A DNA stretch of 64,000 nucleotides from Azolla caroliniana (taxonomy: Eukaryota; Plantae; Polypodiophyta), in assembly GCA_043228905.1 (NCBI GenBank), contig JBHGNT010000009.1, positions 7,068,001 to 7,132,000 of the forward strand. The letters run 5' to 3'. Under the pieces are notes generated by a model. It was not told the DNA's origin. It was given only the letters and a program-made list of their open reading frames with translations, and searched no databases. Of the stretch, positions 11,749-25,500 are shown piece by piece. A program made the translations under genes and the position numbers. Within the stretch, counting starts at the first letter, position 1. Each line of letters starts with the position of its first letter.

Positions 11749-14700
11749 ATGGACGATTCGATGGGAGGCATGTTCAAGCTCACCGGCTCCAACTATTCGG
11801 TGTGGAAGTCGAATATGAGGGAAATGCTCGTGGTTAAAGATCTTTGGTTGCCGGTTCAGTTCAGGGACAAGAGACCAGACAAAATCGACGCCACGATATG
11901 GGAGGTGATGCACATGAAGACAACGGCATACATACGGTGCTTCATCGACATGAGCCTATACAACAACTTCAATGAAGAGAGCAAGGCTCATGAGCTTTGG
12001 GAGAAGATCGGCATTATGTTTCAAAACAAAAATGTTGTTAATCAGGTTTCGGTATTCCGGAAGCTAGTAAGACTCCGGTACCAAAATGGCTCCAGCATGG
12101 CAGAGCACATGAATGCCTTCCAGGGGCTGATCCACTAGGAAACATCATTGGAAGTACCTCTCGCCGATGAGGTACTAGCACTGCTTCTGCTCGGTTCCCT
12201 CCCAGATAGCTGGGAGACGTTGGTTGTCACTTTGGGCAACGCCGGGCCGGAAGGGAAACGGTTATCCCTAGCAAGAGTGAAGTCGAGCTTGCTAGATGAG
12301 GAGGCGCGTCGGAAAGATAAGGATACGAGCTCCGACTCCAAAGCGCTCCTTACCGAATCGGAATGCGGAAGACAAAGGAACTGTACTCCCCAGAACCGGG
12401 AAAAGTCGGGGACATGGTCAAAGTCAAGGGGGAGGCCTACTTGCTTCTATTGCGGCATGCCGGGACACTTCTAGAAGAACTGTCGGCATTTCCGAAAAGA
12501 TAAGGAATCCAACGGGACCGATTCGAAGCGGACTCTGGACTAGAATGGTAAAGACCGGAGGGGAACGGACCAAAAGGGAACAATGGCAATCGCGGCAAGT
12601 GAAGAAGAGTTGATGCTCATCACCGAGGAGAGTGAGATAAACCTTGCCGGCGACCAGATGACCTGGGTGGTCGACTCCGGAGCGTCGTTCCACCTTACCC
12701 CGGATCGTAAATGCTTCTCATCCTACTCAGCCGGTGATCACGGTTGTGTCCGGATGGGGAATGAAGGTACATGCCGAATTGTCGGCATAGGAGACGTGTG
12801 GTTCACAACACCAACCGGATGCAAGCTGCTGCTGAAGGATGTCTGGCATGTTCCGGAGGTTCGTCTGAACCTAATATCAGTCGGTCGGCTAGATGATGAA
12901 GGCTACATGGGTAGCATCCGGAATGGTGTTATGAAGTTCAACAAAGGGAGCCTGATTGTGGCTCGGGCCCAGAAGGTAAACACGTTGTACGTGATGAATG
13001 CCCGGTTATGTCCGAAGGAAGTGAACGTTGCATCCGACACTACCGGTGAGCTGTAGCACAAGAGGTTGTGTCACATGAGCGAGAAGGGGATGAAGAGGCT
13101 TGCAGACGACAACCTCATTCCAGTGAAGAACGTGCACTTGGAGAAGTGCAGTGATTGTCTGGCCAGTAAACAAAACCGGACCTCCTTCCGATCGAGGCCA
13201 CCGATGAGATGTAATGCACCACTGGAGTTGGTGCATACTGATGTGTGTCAAGTGGACATGAAGTCACATGCCGGAGCGCAGTACTTCGTGACGTTCATAG
13301 ATGACCACAGCCGGAAGCTGTGGGCCACACCGTTGAAGACGAAGGATCAGGTGCTATCCGTCTTCAAAGAGCTCCACGCGAGACTGGAAAGAGAAACCAG
13401 CCGGAAGCTGAAGGCGGTTCGAGCTGATAACAAAGGCGAATACAGGGGGCAGTTTGAGGAGTACTATCGCTCGAAGGGAATCCAGCTCGAATTTACCGTG
13501 ATGAAGACGCCAGAACTAAACGGGCTGGCCGAGAGGATGAACCGGACCATAATGGAGAGGGTCCGGAGTATACTAGCGCATGCAAAGTTACCCAAGACGT
13601 TTTGGGCTGAGGCGCTGTCGACATCGACGTATGTGATAAACAGATCACCCTCAGTACCCTTGGACGGAGACACGCCACAGAGAGTCTGGACCGGTAAGGA
13701 AGTGTCCTACTGGTATTTGAAGGTATTCGGGTGTCTTGCGTATGTGCATGTAGCTAAGGACCGGAGAGGAAAACTAGATCCGAAGACCTGGCCATGTATA
13801 TTCCTCGGTTACGGCGACGATGAGTTCGGCTACCGAGTGTGGGACCCGGTCGACAAGAAGGTATTCCGGAATCGAGATATTATTTTCATGGAGGACAAGA
13901 CGCTCCCTGACTGGGAGTCGAAGAAGAAGATAATGAACTCCGAGTCGACCGGTAAGGATCGATTCTACGATGAGAAGACCCAACCGACAAGAGACCGGTT
14001 AACACTCGAGGAACCAGCCGGCTACGGTGAGGATACTGAACCAGGAGAAGAAGAAGTAGAGGAAGCTGGAACCGGAACCGGTCAAGACCCTGAATCGGAT
14101 TCGGATGAAGAGCAAATGGAGGAGCCGGTTACCAAAGCCCAAAGACGGAGATATCCTCTCAGAGAGAGAAGGCCCCCCTAGAGATTTCCGGATGTAGAGC
14201 ATGTGCTGCTGACCGATGAGGGGGACCCAGAAAGCTTCGAGGAAGTTAAAAGTGACGCCCATAGCCGAAAATGGTTAAGTGCCATGCAGGATGAGATGAA
14301 TTCCTTGCATGAGAACCATACGTACGAATTGGTGGAGTTGCCGAAAGGAAAGCGGGCACTCCGAAACAAGTGGGTGTACAAGTTGAAACCGGGAGATGCC
14401 GGCAACCCCCCGAGATACAAAGCCAGGATCGTGGTGAAGGGATTCCAACAGAAGAACGGCGTGGACTTCGACGATATATTTGCCCCGGTAGTAAAGATGA
14501 CCTCCATCCGGATGGTGTTGAGTATAGCGGCAAGCATGGACCTCGAGGTAGAGCAGCTGGATGTGAAGACGACATTCCTTCACGGTGACCTCGAAGAGGA
14601 GATCTACATGCAGCAACCGGAAGGATTCGTGGAGAAAGGGAAGGAGCACCTAGTATGCCGGTTGAAGAAAAGCCTGTACGGACTGAAGCAGACTCCCCGA

Positions 14701-15770
14701 TAGTGGTACCGATCAAGGGTACCACAAGACGCAGGCCGATCACTGCGTGTTTGTGAAGAAGTTCGAAGGAGGAGACTTCCTGATACTCCTTCTATACGTG
14801 GACGACATGTTTTGTCGGACGGGACCAAGCCAAAATACGGATGCTGAAGAAGGCTCTCAACCAGACCTTCTCAATGAAAGACTTGGGTCCGGCAAGACAA
14901 ATGTTGGGGATGCACATCATCCCGGACCGGTCAAAGAAGCAATTGTGGCTGTCACAAGAGAAATACGTGACAAAGGTGCTTCAGCGGTTCAACATGTCAG
15001 AAGCGAAACCGGTCGGATCGACACTCCTAGCAAACTGCAGATTATCCGGTAAGCAAAGCCCGAAGACTAAAGCAGAGAAGGCTGATATGATGAAGGTACC
15101 ATATGCCTCTGCCGTCGGGAGCTTAATGTACGGAATGGTGTGTACCTGACCGGATATAGGATACGCAGTCGGAGTGGTGAGCCGGTTCATGAGCCATCCC
15201 GGCAAGGAGCACAGGAACGCGGTCAAATGGATACTCCGGTACTTGAAGGGCACTTCAAATATGTGTCTCCGATTCGGCTCCGGAAAACCTAAACTTGACG
15301 GTTTTACCGATTCGGATATGTCGGCTGATGTGGATACCAGCTGGTCTACATCCGGGTATGTAATGACATATGCAGGGGGAGTTGTTTCGTGGTAGTCGAG
15401 GCTGCAGAAGACGGTTGCGTTTTCAACCACGGAAACGGAGTACATGGTGGTTGTGGAAGCCGGCAAGGAAATATTATGGATGAAGGACTTCATCGGAGAG
15501 CTCGGTATCAGCCAAGATGAATACCGGCTCTACCGCGATAGTCAAAGTGCCATCCACCTTGCTAAGAATGCGGCCTACCATTCCCGGACGAAGCATATCC
15601 AGCGAAGGTATCACTGGATCCGGGAAAGAGTAGATGACCAAGAGTTCACGCTGACGAAGATCCACACGGCCGAGAACGGGTCAGATATGTTGACCAAAGT
15701 ACTGATACCCGACAAGCTGGATGCATGTCGGAAGCGGATCGGACTAGTAAGACATCCCATGCCAGAGTGA
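11749..15770 (+). pseudogene. copia gag-pol with multiple premature stops
   Basis: Collinear ORFs 11749-12138, 12148-12474, 12583-13056 (WVVDSGASFH), 13066-14181 (INT), 14203-14703 and 14747-15149 (RT, LYVDDM), 15174-15770 (RH). Confidence 0.9.
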
Positions 15771-15780
15771 AGGGGGAGTT

Positions 15781-16512
15781 TGTTAGGAAACAGGTCCCTC
15801 CGGATGGGAAGTGAGAACCGGATGATGAGTACCCGGCTACGGAGAGCCGAATGGTGTAGACCCGGTTAGAACCGGATGAGGAGTACCTGGAAACGGAGAG
15901 CCGGATGGTACAGACCCAGTGAGAACCGGATTAGGAGTACCCGGCTACGGAGAGCCAGATGGTGCAGACCCGGTGAGAATCGGATGAGGAGTACCCTGAA
16001 ATGGAAAACCCGGTGAAAACCGGATGATGCAGGCCCGGTGAAGAGTGCTCACCGGATGAAGAGACATATTCGTAAATATGTTTCTGAGAGTCCATCGTGG
16101 CTATATTTGTAAATAGCCGAAAAGTCATATTAGTATAAATATGACTTAGGGCAAACTTATTATAGCGTGGGTTGTTGTCATTCTTGTTGGTGCAAGAAGA
16201 GGCGCGTATCTGTGTACAGAGAGAGAGAGAGATAGGAAGAGGTCGTTGCCTCTGTTGTAACCGCCGCCTGTGGCAAAGATCATGAGCACGAGGTCGTTGC
16301 CTCCGTGAGCTCGTTGTTGTAATCATTGTGATATTGTGATAGTTTGCAGTCTGTGGGCTGCCGTGGTTTTTCCCTAGTTTTGGGTTTTCCACGTTAACAT
16401 CCTGTGTACTCTTCTCTCCTTTGTGTCGTGCATTTCATTCCCGTTTTCTGTGTATGATTCTAAGCTCGATTGTGGCCGAGCATTGCACATAGGGAGCGTG
16501 TAGTTCCTGTCA
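15781..16512 (+). repeat. Tork-like 3' LTR with 27/54-bp CCGG-rich U3 repeats
   Basis: Follows GAAGGGGGAG PPT; TG...CA ends. Confidence 0.9.
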
Positions 16513-18984
16513 AAACTGACCGGAAGCTGAAGGCGGTTCGAGCAGATAATGGAGGAGAATACCAGGGACAGTTCGAGGAGTACTGCCGGTCGAAGGGACT
16601 CCGACTCGAGTTTATCGTTGTGAAGACGCCGGAACTAAACGACGTAGATGAAAGGATGAACCGGATCTTTATGGAGAGAGTCCAGAGCATGCTAGCACAT
16701 GCAAAGTTACCCAAGACATTTTGGCCTGAGGCGCTGACGACGTCGAACTATGTGATAAAGAGATTACGCTCAGTACCCTTGTGAGGAGACCTACCTCAGA
16801 AAGTATGGATTGGTAAAGATGTATCTTACCGGCATCTAAAGGTCTTCGGGTGTCTCGCATACGTGCATGTGGTGAAGGAAAAGAGAGCAAAGCTAGATCC
16901 GAAGTCCCGACTATGCATATTCCTTGGATACGGTGATGATGAGTTCGGTTACCGAGTGTGGGATCTGATCGACAAGAAGGTGTTCTGGAGTCGGGATATA
17001 CTCTTCATGGAAGACAGGACGATTGCCGACTGGGAGTCGGAGAAGAAGATGATGAACTCTGGATCATCCAATGAAAACTGGACTGAGGACACAAGGACCT
17101 AGCTGGTTGAAAACCGGATGTTAGGCGGTAACCGGATGACACTCGACGAACCGGCCGGATACGGACAAGAAATCGAACTGACAGAAGAAGAAGTAGACAC
17201 CGGAACTGGACAAGATCCCGAATTGGATTCAGATTCGGAACAGACGGAGGAATCGGGAAGAGTGCACTCCGGAAATCCACCAAGATACAAAGCCCGGATC
17301 GTGGTGATGGGCTTCCAGTAGAAGAAAGGAGTGGACTTCGATGAGATCTTTACCCCGGTAGTAAAGATGACATCTGGACGGTATTGAGCATAGCGGCAAG
17401 CATGGACCTTGAGGTAGAGCAACTGGAAGTCAAGACGACATTCCTCCATGGTGACCTCGAAGAAGAGATCTACATGCATGAATCGGAAGGATTTGAGAAG
17501 AATGGGAAGGAGCACCTGGTGTGCCGGCTGAAGAAGAGCCGATACGAACTTAAGCAAGCTCCCTGTCAATGGTACTGGAAGTTCGACTCCTTCTTGCCTG
17601 ACCAAGGGTACCACAAGACGCAGGCCGATCATTGCGTGTTTGTGAAGAAACTTAACGGAGGAGATTTCCAGATACTCCTCCTATATGTTTTCCTATATGC
17701 TGAAGAACTTGGGTCTCGCAAGAAGGATATTGGGAATGCACATCATCCGGGACCGGTCGAAGAAGCTATTGTGGTTGTCACATGAGAAGTACGTGACAAA
17801 GGTGCTTCAAATGGTTCAACATGTCGGAGGCGAAGCCGATCGGATCGACACTTCCGGAAAACTGCAAGCTATCCTGAAAACAAAGTCTGACGACAAAGGC
17901 GGAGAAGACGGATATGGTGAAGATACCATATGCCTCTGCCATCGGAAGCTTGATGTATGCGATGGTATGTACTCGGCCAGATATCGGATATGCAGTCGGA
18001 GTGGTAAGCCGGTTCATGAGCAATCTCGGAAGAGAGCATTGGAAAACGGTCAAGTGGATACTCCGGTATCTAAAAGGCACCTCGAGTATGTGCCTCTAGT
18101 TCGGCTCCGGTAATCCCCAACATGACGGATTCACGGATTCGGATATGTCGGCTGATGCGGATACCAACCGGTCTACCTCCGGATCTTCCGGGGTTGAGCC
18201 ACGATCAGGCTTCCTTTGCAAAACTTCATGACTCCATTCCGGATGCTACCCATGTAGTTGTTAGAAATATTGAGAATCAATTAGATAGGTATATAGAGTT
18301 ACAACCACAGAGATGGATATATGAAAACAAAACTTCTATTGCATATGAGCATAGCTCACAATGGTAGTTCACCCATGCGCTCATAACTTAGAGCTTAGAT
18401 GGGATCTAGACCAGCTCACTACAAAATTAGTGGGGACTGATGATCAATACACCACTGTGTAAGCGAGTGGATTATATTCTCTGTTTGGTCCGAGTGTAAC
18501 ATTAAATGTGCATGTTAGTTGATAGTAGTGGAGATATTCCTTTTCTGTCAACTAAGTTGTCATTTAATATAACCCAACTCCCTAGATATAAGCTAGTGCT
18601 AGATAGTATTTATCTTGAAGTCAATGGCACATACTTCAAGATGAAGTACATTGTAACTTGCCCACAAAATATTCTAGTTGACTTGATTAGCTGATCTTAT
18701 TACCTATTTCACTCTTTCCTAAATCCATTGTGTTCTACGCATCTACGGTTTCCTAGATTAACACCTTATCGACCCTAAACCCACATTGTTCATACCTCAC
18801 TAAAGTTTGCCCTAGTTGCATATATATTTACGCAACTTTCAGACTATTTACAAATATAGTCTCCCGAGTTGGCTATGTACACGATTCTGGTTTCGGCCTC
18901 GGCCGAGTCCCTCATCAACTCGACTCCTCGACTGTCGGCTTTACGAACATTCGGATCTTCCTCCCACTTGAGGGACATATCCCA

Positions 18985-20610
18985 ATAGATATCAGGTTCA
19001 ACCGAACCTCCGGATTGTGTCAGACATCTTTCAACAACAACTTGCACCTGGTTGATGTCGTCAACCACACATATCCTATGCCGACAATTCAGCATGCACC
19101 TTCAATTCCCATTTGGACAAAACCATGATCTCCGGCTCTGTATGATGAGAAACACTTCCGATCGGGGGTTAGATGGAACGACGTGCCGGAGTCGACCACC
19201 CATGTCGTTTCGTCACTGACAAGATGCAGCTCACTCTCCTCGGTGATTAGCAGCAATTCTTCTTCACTTGTCGCGATCGCCGATGTTCCTCTCCTTTCCG
19301 AAATCTTCTTCGGTTTTGGAATGTCGTCTCCCTCTTTGGCTTTCTAGAAGTGTCGACAGTTCTTCTAGAAGTGGCCCAATTTTCCGAAGTAAAAGCAAGT
19401 GGGCCTTCCCCTTGACTTTGACCGCGTCCTCAATTTGTCTTGGTTTTGGGGACTTCAATTCCGGCATCTTCCCCGATTACGACCATCCTCCGTGATTAAG
19501 GCCTTCGGATCGGTTCTGGACTCCCGGTCCTTTCGGCGAGCTTCTTCATCCAGCAAGCTTGATTTTATCCTTGTCGGGGACAACTTTTTTCCATATGGCC
19601 CGGCGTTGCCCAAAGTGACAACTATCATCTCCCAACTATCCAGGAGGGAATCGAGCAAGAGCAATGCAAGTACCTCATCAGCCAAAGATACTTCCAGTGA
19701 GGTTGTTTGATTTATGAGCCTTTGGAAAGAATTCATGTGCTCCGCCATGCTGGATCCATCTTGGTATCGAAGTCTTAGTAACTTCCGGAATACCGAAACC
19801 CGATTTACTACGTTCTTGCTCTCCAGCATGGTGCCGATTTTCTCCTAGAGCACATGAGCCTTGCTTTCTTCATTGAAGTTGTTATATAGGCTCATATCGA
19901 TGAAGCACCTAATGTATGTCGTCTTCTTCATATGCATCACCTCCCACGTAGTGGCATTGATCTAGTTTGGTTCCTTGTCCCCAAACTGTATCAGCTGCCA
20001 GAAATCTTTGACCATGAGCATGTCCCTCATCTTCGACTTCCACACAGGGTAATTGGAGCCAGTGAGCTTGAAAATGCTTCCGAATGACTCTTCCATCTAT
20101 TGTTCGCTTTGATACCAGTTTGTGAGGTATAGTGCTCGGCCACAACCGAGTCTTACTCACTCGATAGAAGAAAACAGAAAATCGAAATAAGACATACACA
20201 GGATGTTAACGTGGAAAACCCTAATAGGGAAGAAACGACGGGAGCCCACAGACTCCAACTATCACTATGAGAAGAAAGATACAATGCGAGACTCAAAGGC
20301 AATGACCTCGAGCTCTGTCTTTACCAACCGACAGTTACAACAGAAACAAGTTTAGTGTGTGTGTGTGTGTGTGTACAACAATAATAATGACTAACATCAT
20401 ACAACTCTTCAACTCTACCGAAGTGATTGCCCTAAGTCATATTTATACTTATATGAATTTAGGACTATTTACAAATATGGCCAAGATAGGTACACTAGAA
20501 ACATATTTATAGATATGTCCCTGGATCCAGTTCACACGGGATCCGTTCGGTTCGGTTCCTTCCTTCGGCTCGTCCGATCCGTCGCATCCGGAAGGACCGA
20601 ATTCCTAACA
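18985..20610 (-). mobile_element. Tork-like copia 5' fragment (LTR, PBS, gag, protease)
   Basis: LTR 20121-20610; PBS 20106-20117; gag ATG 20096; ORF 19455-19829 is homologous to the 11749 gag; protease region extends to ~18985. Confidence 0.85.
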
Positions 20611-20679
20611 TAAATAAAGAATCGTTAATTAAGCCATTAAATTAATAAACTATTAAGGTAAAAAAAAATTTAACCAAAA

Positions 20680-20805
20680 ACCTATAAACCGAACCGTTAT
20701 CGAAAATCCAAACCAAACCAAACCATTAAAAATTTTTGGAACCATTAAATTGTTAAACCGTGGCTTAAAAGTTCGGTTCGGTTTGAACCGAAACTATGCC
20801 CGTTG
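20680..20805. repeat. AACCG/CGGTT-rich end resembling a non-autonomous DNA transposon subterminal region
   Basis: Clustered aaaccgaaccg, aaacc x3 and ttcggttcggtt; partner end not found. Confidence 0.3.
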
Positions 20806-21754
20806 CTACTTGGTGGAGCGTATCTCCACTTTATTCTCTCCCCAAAAGAGGTGAAGACCTCTCTCTGCCTTTGTCCACATTTCCCTAAAATGGTGTTGCT
20901 TACTAAACACAACATCAAGCTCACTACTTATTCCATCATATTGACCTCTTAGAGTATGCTGAAGCATCAACCATATCTCCTTGATTCACTCAACTGCATT
21001 CTGTTTGACTTTCAAAAATACATATTTACATCTTCCCTTCCGTAATACCCAAGTTACTAAAGATAATATCGTAGACCAAACCTTTGTTACACTTATGTGT
21101 TCCCTTAGGTATCTTTGATGTGAACTCTTTCCCTATACATGGGCACTTTTTACTCTAGAGCTGGCTAGAGGTTTTTTCCCCATGGTATCACATATTGGAT
21201 TCACTTATATATGTGGTGGTACGTAGTACATAGGGATCATCATTCAACTTCTTCCTAACTTTAGAACATCGATAGAGAGAGAACTTCCCACCTTCATCGT
21301 CCCTATCTTTTGTCTTGTTGTCCTTAGGGCTTCTTATGTGTGCTTCTCCTGCTTGGTCTACTCTTAAAAGAAAGCCGAACAACCTTGTCCTCTACCAAAT
21401 AGCAGATTGTTATAGCATAAGAGACATATTGCCTTCTACAATACCCAAACAATAATATAAGTATATACGTGCTAGGCCTATATACTTATATTATTATTTT
21501 ATTCCTTATCTAGACATTAGAGGAGGAGAACAATCGAGGAGATGAAGGTTACATCAGGAAAATGTTGGAGGAGAAGAAGGTTCAAGGTGAAGTTATGAGG
21601 AGAAGGCTGAAGGTGGAGAATATTCAAGGAGAAGAACATTGAATGAGGAGAATGCTCCAATCCTCTTCTCTCTCACACAACTTCTCACTTGGTGGACGGA
21701 ATCACGATCCAAAAAATTTGGCATGAGTCTCATGAAAAACCCTTCCCATCATAG

Positions 21755-22574
21755 TGTTGAGAATCTACGCTCCGATTCGCCTTCACCGTTCGGCCACAAC
21801 CGAGAAATCACGAATCAATGCAGCAGAAAATAGGAAACACAGAGAAAGACACGATAACACCGTGATTAACGTGGAAAACCCTAAACGGGAAAAACCACGG
21901 GAGTTCAAGACTCCAAACCAACACTATACAGAGAAGTATACAATGGCGAGCTGCAAGGCGACGACCTTGAGCTCGCTGTCCTCGCCACAGACGGCGGTAA
22001 TACACAGAGGCAACGACCTCCTCGTTTCTCTCTCTCTCTCTCTCTCGGCTGCTCTCTCTTCACTCCTCTTGAGTGGAAAAACAGAAAATGAGCAGCAAAC
22101 TTTTCAGCAACATAAAACTGTTTGCCCTAAGTCATATTTATACACATATGACTTTCGGGCTATTTACAAATATAGCCTCAAGGGCCCTTGGCAAACATAT
22201 TCACAAATATGTCCCCGCATCCGGATCTCTCTCCGGGTACATACATCATCCGGCTCTGTAGCCGGGTCTTCGTCATCCGGCTCCGTAGCCGGGTCTTCGT
22301 CATCCGGCTCCGTAGCCGGGTCTTCGTCATCCGGCTCCGTAGCCGGGTCTTCGTCATCCGGCTCCGTAGCCGGGTCTTCGTCATCCGGCTCCGTAGCCGG
22401 GGTCTACATCATCCGGCTCCGTAGCCGGGGTCTACATCATCCGGCTCCGTAGCCGGGTCTTCATCATCCGGCTCCGTAGCCGGGTACTCTTCATCCTCCG
22501 GTTCCGTAACCGCAACCGGGCTTGCCGTCATTCATCTCCGGACATCCCATCCGGAGGGACCGTAAATCCCAACA
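21755..22574 (-). repeat. 3' LTR (820 bp) with a 27-bp U3 tandem array (~22245-22490)
   Basis: Unit catccggctccgtagccgggtcttcgt. Confidence 0.95.
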
Positions 22575-22584
22575 AACTCCCCCT

Positions 22585-25500
22585 TCACTTCGGCATGGGA
22601 TGTCTCTCCAATCCGATCCTCTTCCGGCATGCTTCCAGCTTGTCGGGTGTGAGCACTTTGGTCAGCATATCTGAGCCGTTTTCGTCCGTGTGGATCTTCG
22701 TCAGCACGAACTCCTGGTCTTCTATCCTTTCCCGGATCCAGTGATATCTTCGCTGGATGTGCTTCGTCCGGGAGTGATAGGCCGCGTTCTTCGCAAGGTG
22801 GATGGCACTCTGACTATCGCAGTAGAGTCGGTACTCCTCCTGCCGGATACCGAGCTCTCTAATGAAGTCCTTCATCCATATTATTTCCTTGCCGGCTTCA
22901 ACAGCCGCCATGTACTCCGCCTCCGTGGTTGACAACGCAACCGTCTTCTGCAGCCTCGACTGCCACGAAACAGCTCCCCCTGCATACGTCATCACATACC
23001 CTGATGTGGACCGGCTGGTATCTGCATCAGCCGACATATCCGAATCAGTGAAGCCGTCGAGTTCGGGCTTACCGGAGCCGAATCGGAGGCACACGTTTGC
23101 CGTGCCCTTCAGGTATCGGAGTATCCACTTGACCGCGTTCCAGTGCTCTTTTCCGGGATTGCTCATGTACCGGCTCACCACTCCGACTGCATATCCTATG
23201 TCCGGTCTTGTACACACCATTGCGTACATCAAGCTTCCGACGGCAGAGGCATATGGTACCTTCATCATGTCCTCCTTCTCAGCCTTTGTCTTGGGGCTTT
23301 GCTTCCTGGACAGCTTGCAGTTTGCCGGGAGGGTTGATCCGACCGGTCTTGCTTCCGACATGTTGAACCGTTGAAGCACCTTTGTCACGTACTTCTCCTG
23401 TGACAGCCACAACTGCTTCTTCTTCCGGTCCCGGATGATGTGCATCCCCAGTATTTGCCTCGCCGGACCCAGGTCCTTCATTGAGAAGGTTCGGTGAAGA
23501 GCCTTCTTCAGCATCCGTATCTTGCCCTGGTCCCGTCCGACGATCAACATGTCGTCCACGTACAGGAGGAGTATTAGAAAGTCTCCTCCCTCGAACTTCT
23601 TCACAAACACGCAGTGATCAGTCTGCGTTTTGTGGTACCCTTCGTCTGTCATGAAGGAGTCGAACTTCCGGTACCATTGCCGGGGAGCCTGCTTCAGACC
23701 GTAGAGGCTCTTCTTCAACCGGCATACCAGGTGCTCCTTTCCTTTCTTCTCGAATCCTTCCGGTTGCTGCATGTAGATCTCTTCTTCGAGGTCACCGTGA
23801 AGGAATGCCGTCTTCACGTCCATCTGTTCTACCTCGAGGTCCATGCTTGCCGCTATGCTCAGCACCGTCCGGATGGAGGTCATCTTCACTACCGGGGCAA
23901 ATATCTCGTCGAAGTCGACGCCCTTCTTCTGCTGGAACCCCTTCACCACGATCCTGGCTTTGTATCTCGGGGGGTTTCCGGCATCTCCCGGTTTCAGCTT
24001 GAACACCCACTTGTTTCGTAGTGCCCGCTTTCCTTTCGGCAACTCCACAAGTTCATATGTGTGGTTCTCATGCAGGGAATCCATCTCGTCCTGCATGGCA
24101 CTCAACCACCTGCGGCTCTGGGTGTCATGCTTCGCTTCTTCAAAGCTCTCCGGCTCCCCCTCGTCGGTTAGCAGCACGTGCTCTGGTTCCGGAAATCTCC
24201 GGGGGGCCCTTCTCTCTCTTAGAGGATATCTCCGTTCCGGAGCTTCGGTAACCGGTTCTTCAGATTCTTCTTCATCCGAATCCATTTCGGGATCGGGGCC
24301 GGTTCCGGTATCATTTTCATCTTCTTCGGCCGGTTCTGTTTCTTCACCGTCTTCGGCCGGATCCTCGAGTGCTAACCGGTCTCTTGCCGGTCGGGACTGC
24401 TCCTTGTAGAGTTGATCCTCACCGGTCGACTTGGAGCTCTTCATCTTCTTCTCCGACTCCCAGTCGGCGAGTGTCTTGTCCTCCATGAAGATGATATCTC
24501 GACTCCTGAATATCTTCTTGTCGACCGGGTCCCATACTCGGTAGCCGAACTCGTCGTTGCCGTAACCGAGGAATATGCATGGCCGGGTCTTTGGATCTAG
24601 CTTTCCTCTCCGGTCCTTTGCCACATGCACGTATGCGAGACACCCGAACACCTTCAGGTGCCGGTAGGACACTTCCTTACCGGTCCACACTTTCTGCGGC
24701 GTGTCTCCGTCCAAAGGTACTGAGGGTGATCTATTTATCACATATGTCGCCGTCGACATCGCCTCAGCCCAAAACCCCTTGGGTAATTTCGCATGCACCA
24801 GCATACTCCGGACCCTCTCCATTATGGTCCGGTTCATCCTCTCGGCCAGCCCGTTCAGTTCCGGCGTCTTCGGCACAGTAAACTCGAGCCGGATTCCCAT
24901 CGAACGGCAATACTCCTCAAATTGCCCTCGGTATTCTCCTCCGTTATCCGCTCGTATCGCTTTCAGCCTCTTGCCGGATTCTCTTTCCACTCTCGCGTGG
25001 AGTTCTTTGAAGACGGACAATACTTGGTCCTTTGTCTTCAACGGTGCCGTCCACAGCTTCCGGCTGTGGTCATCAATGAATGTCACGAAGTACTGGGCTC
25101 CGCCATGTGACTTCGTTTCTACTTGACACACATCAGTGTGCACCAACTCCAGTGGTGCACTACGTCTCGTCGGTGGCCTTGAGTGGAAGGAGGCTCGGTT
25201 CTGCTTACCGGCCAGGCAATCGGTGCACTTCTCCAGACGCACATGCTTCACTGGAATGAGGTTGTCTTCTGCAAGCCTCTTCATCCCCTTCTCACTCATG
25301 TGGCACAGTCTCTTGTGCCATAGCTCACCGGCAGTGTCAGCTGCCACGTTCAGCTCCTCCGGACATAGCCGGGAATTCATCAGGTACAGTGTGTTGACTT
25401 TCCGGGCCCGAGCCACTATCAAGCTCCCTTTGCTGAACTTCATAACACCGTTCCGGATGCTACCCGTGTAGCCTTCATCGTCTAGCCTCCCGGCCGAAAT

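Larger units (their letters stand above)
11047..16512 (+). mobile_element. Tork-like copia, full length but degenerate, nested in the integrase of a same-family element
   Basis: LTRs 11047-11718 and 15781-16512; TSD AAACC/AAACT; PBS 11722; PPT ~15769-15778. Confidence 0.92.
4663..18184 (+). mobile_element. Tnt1/Tork-like copia (outer, degenerate, 3'-truncated), split by two nested elements
   Basis: 5' LTR 4663-5104, PBS 5108; gag from 5134 is cut at 5351 and resumes at 9997; integrase is cut at 11046 and resumes at 16513; RT/RH start runs to ~18184; no 3' LTR. Confidence 0.85.
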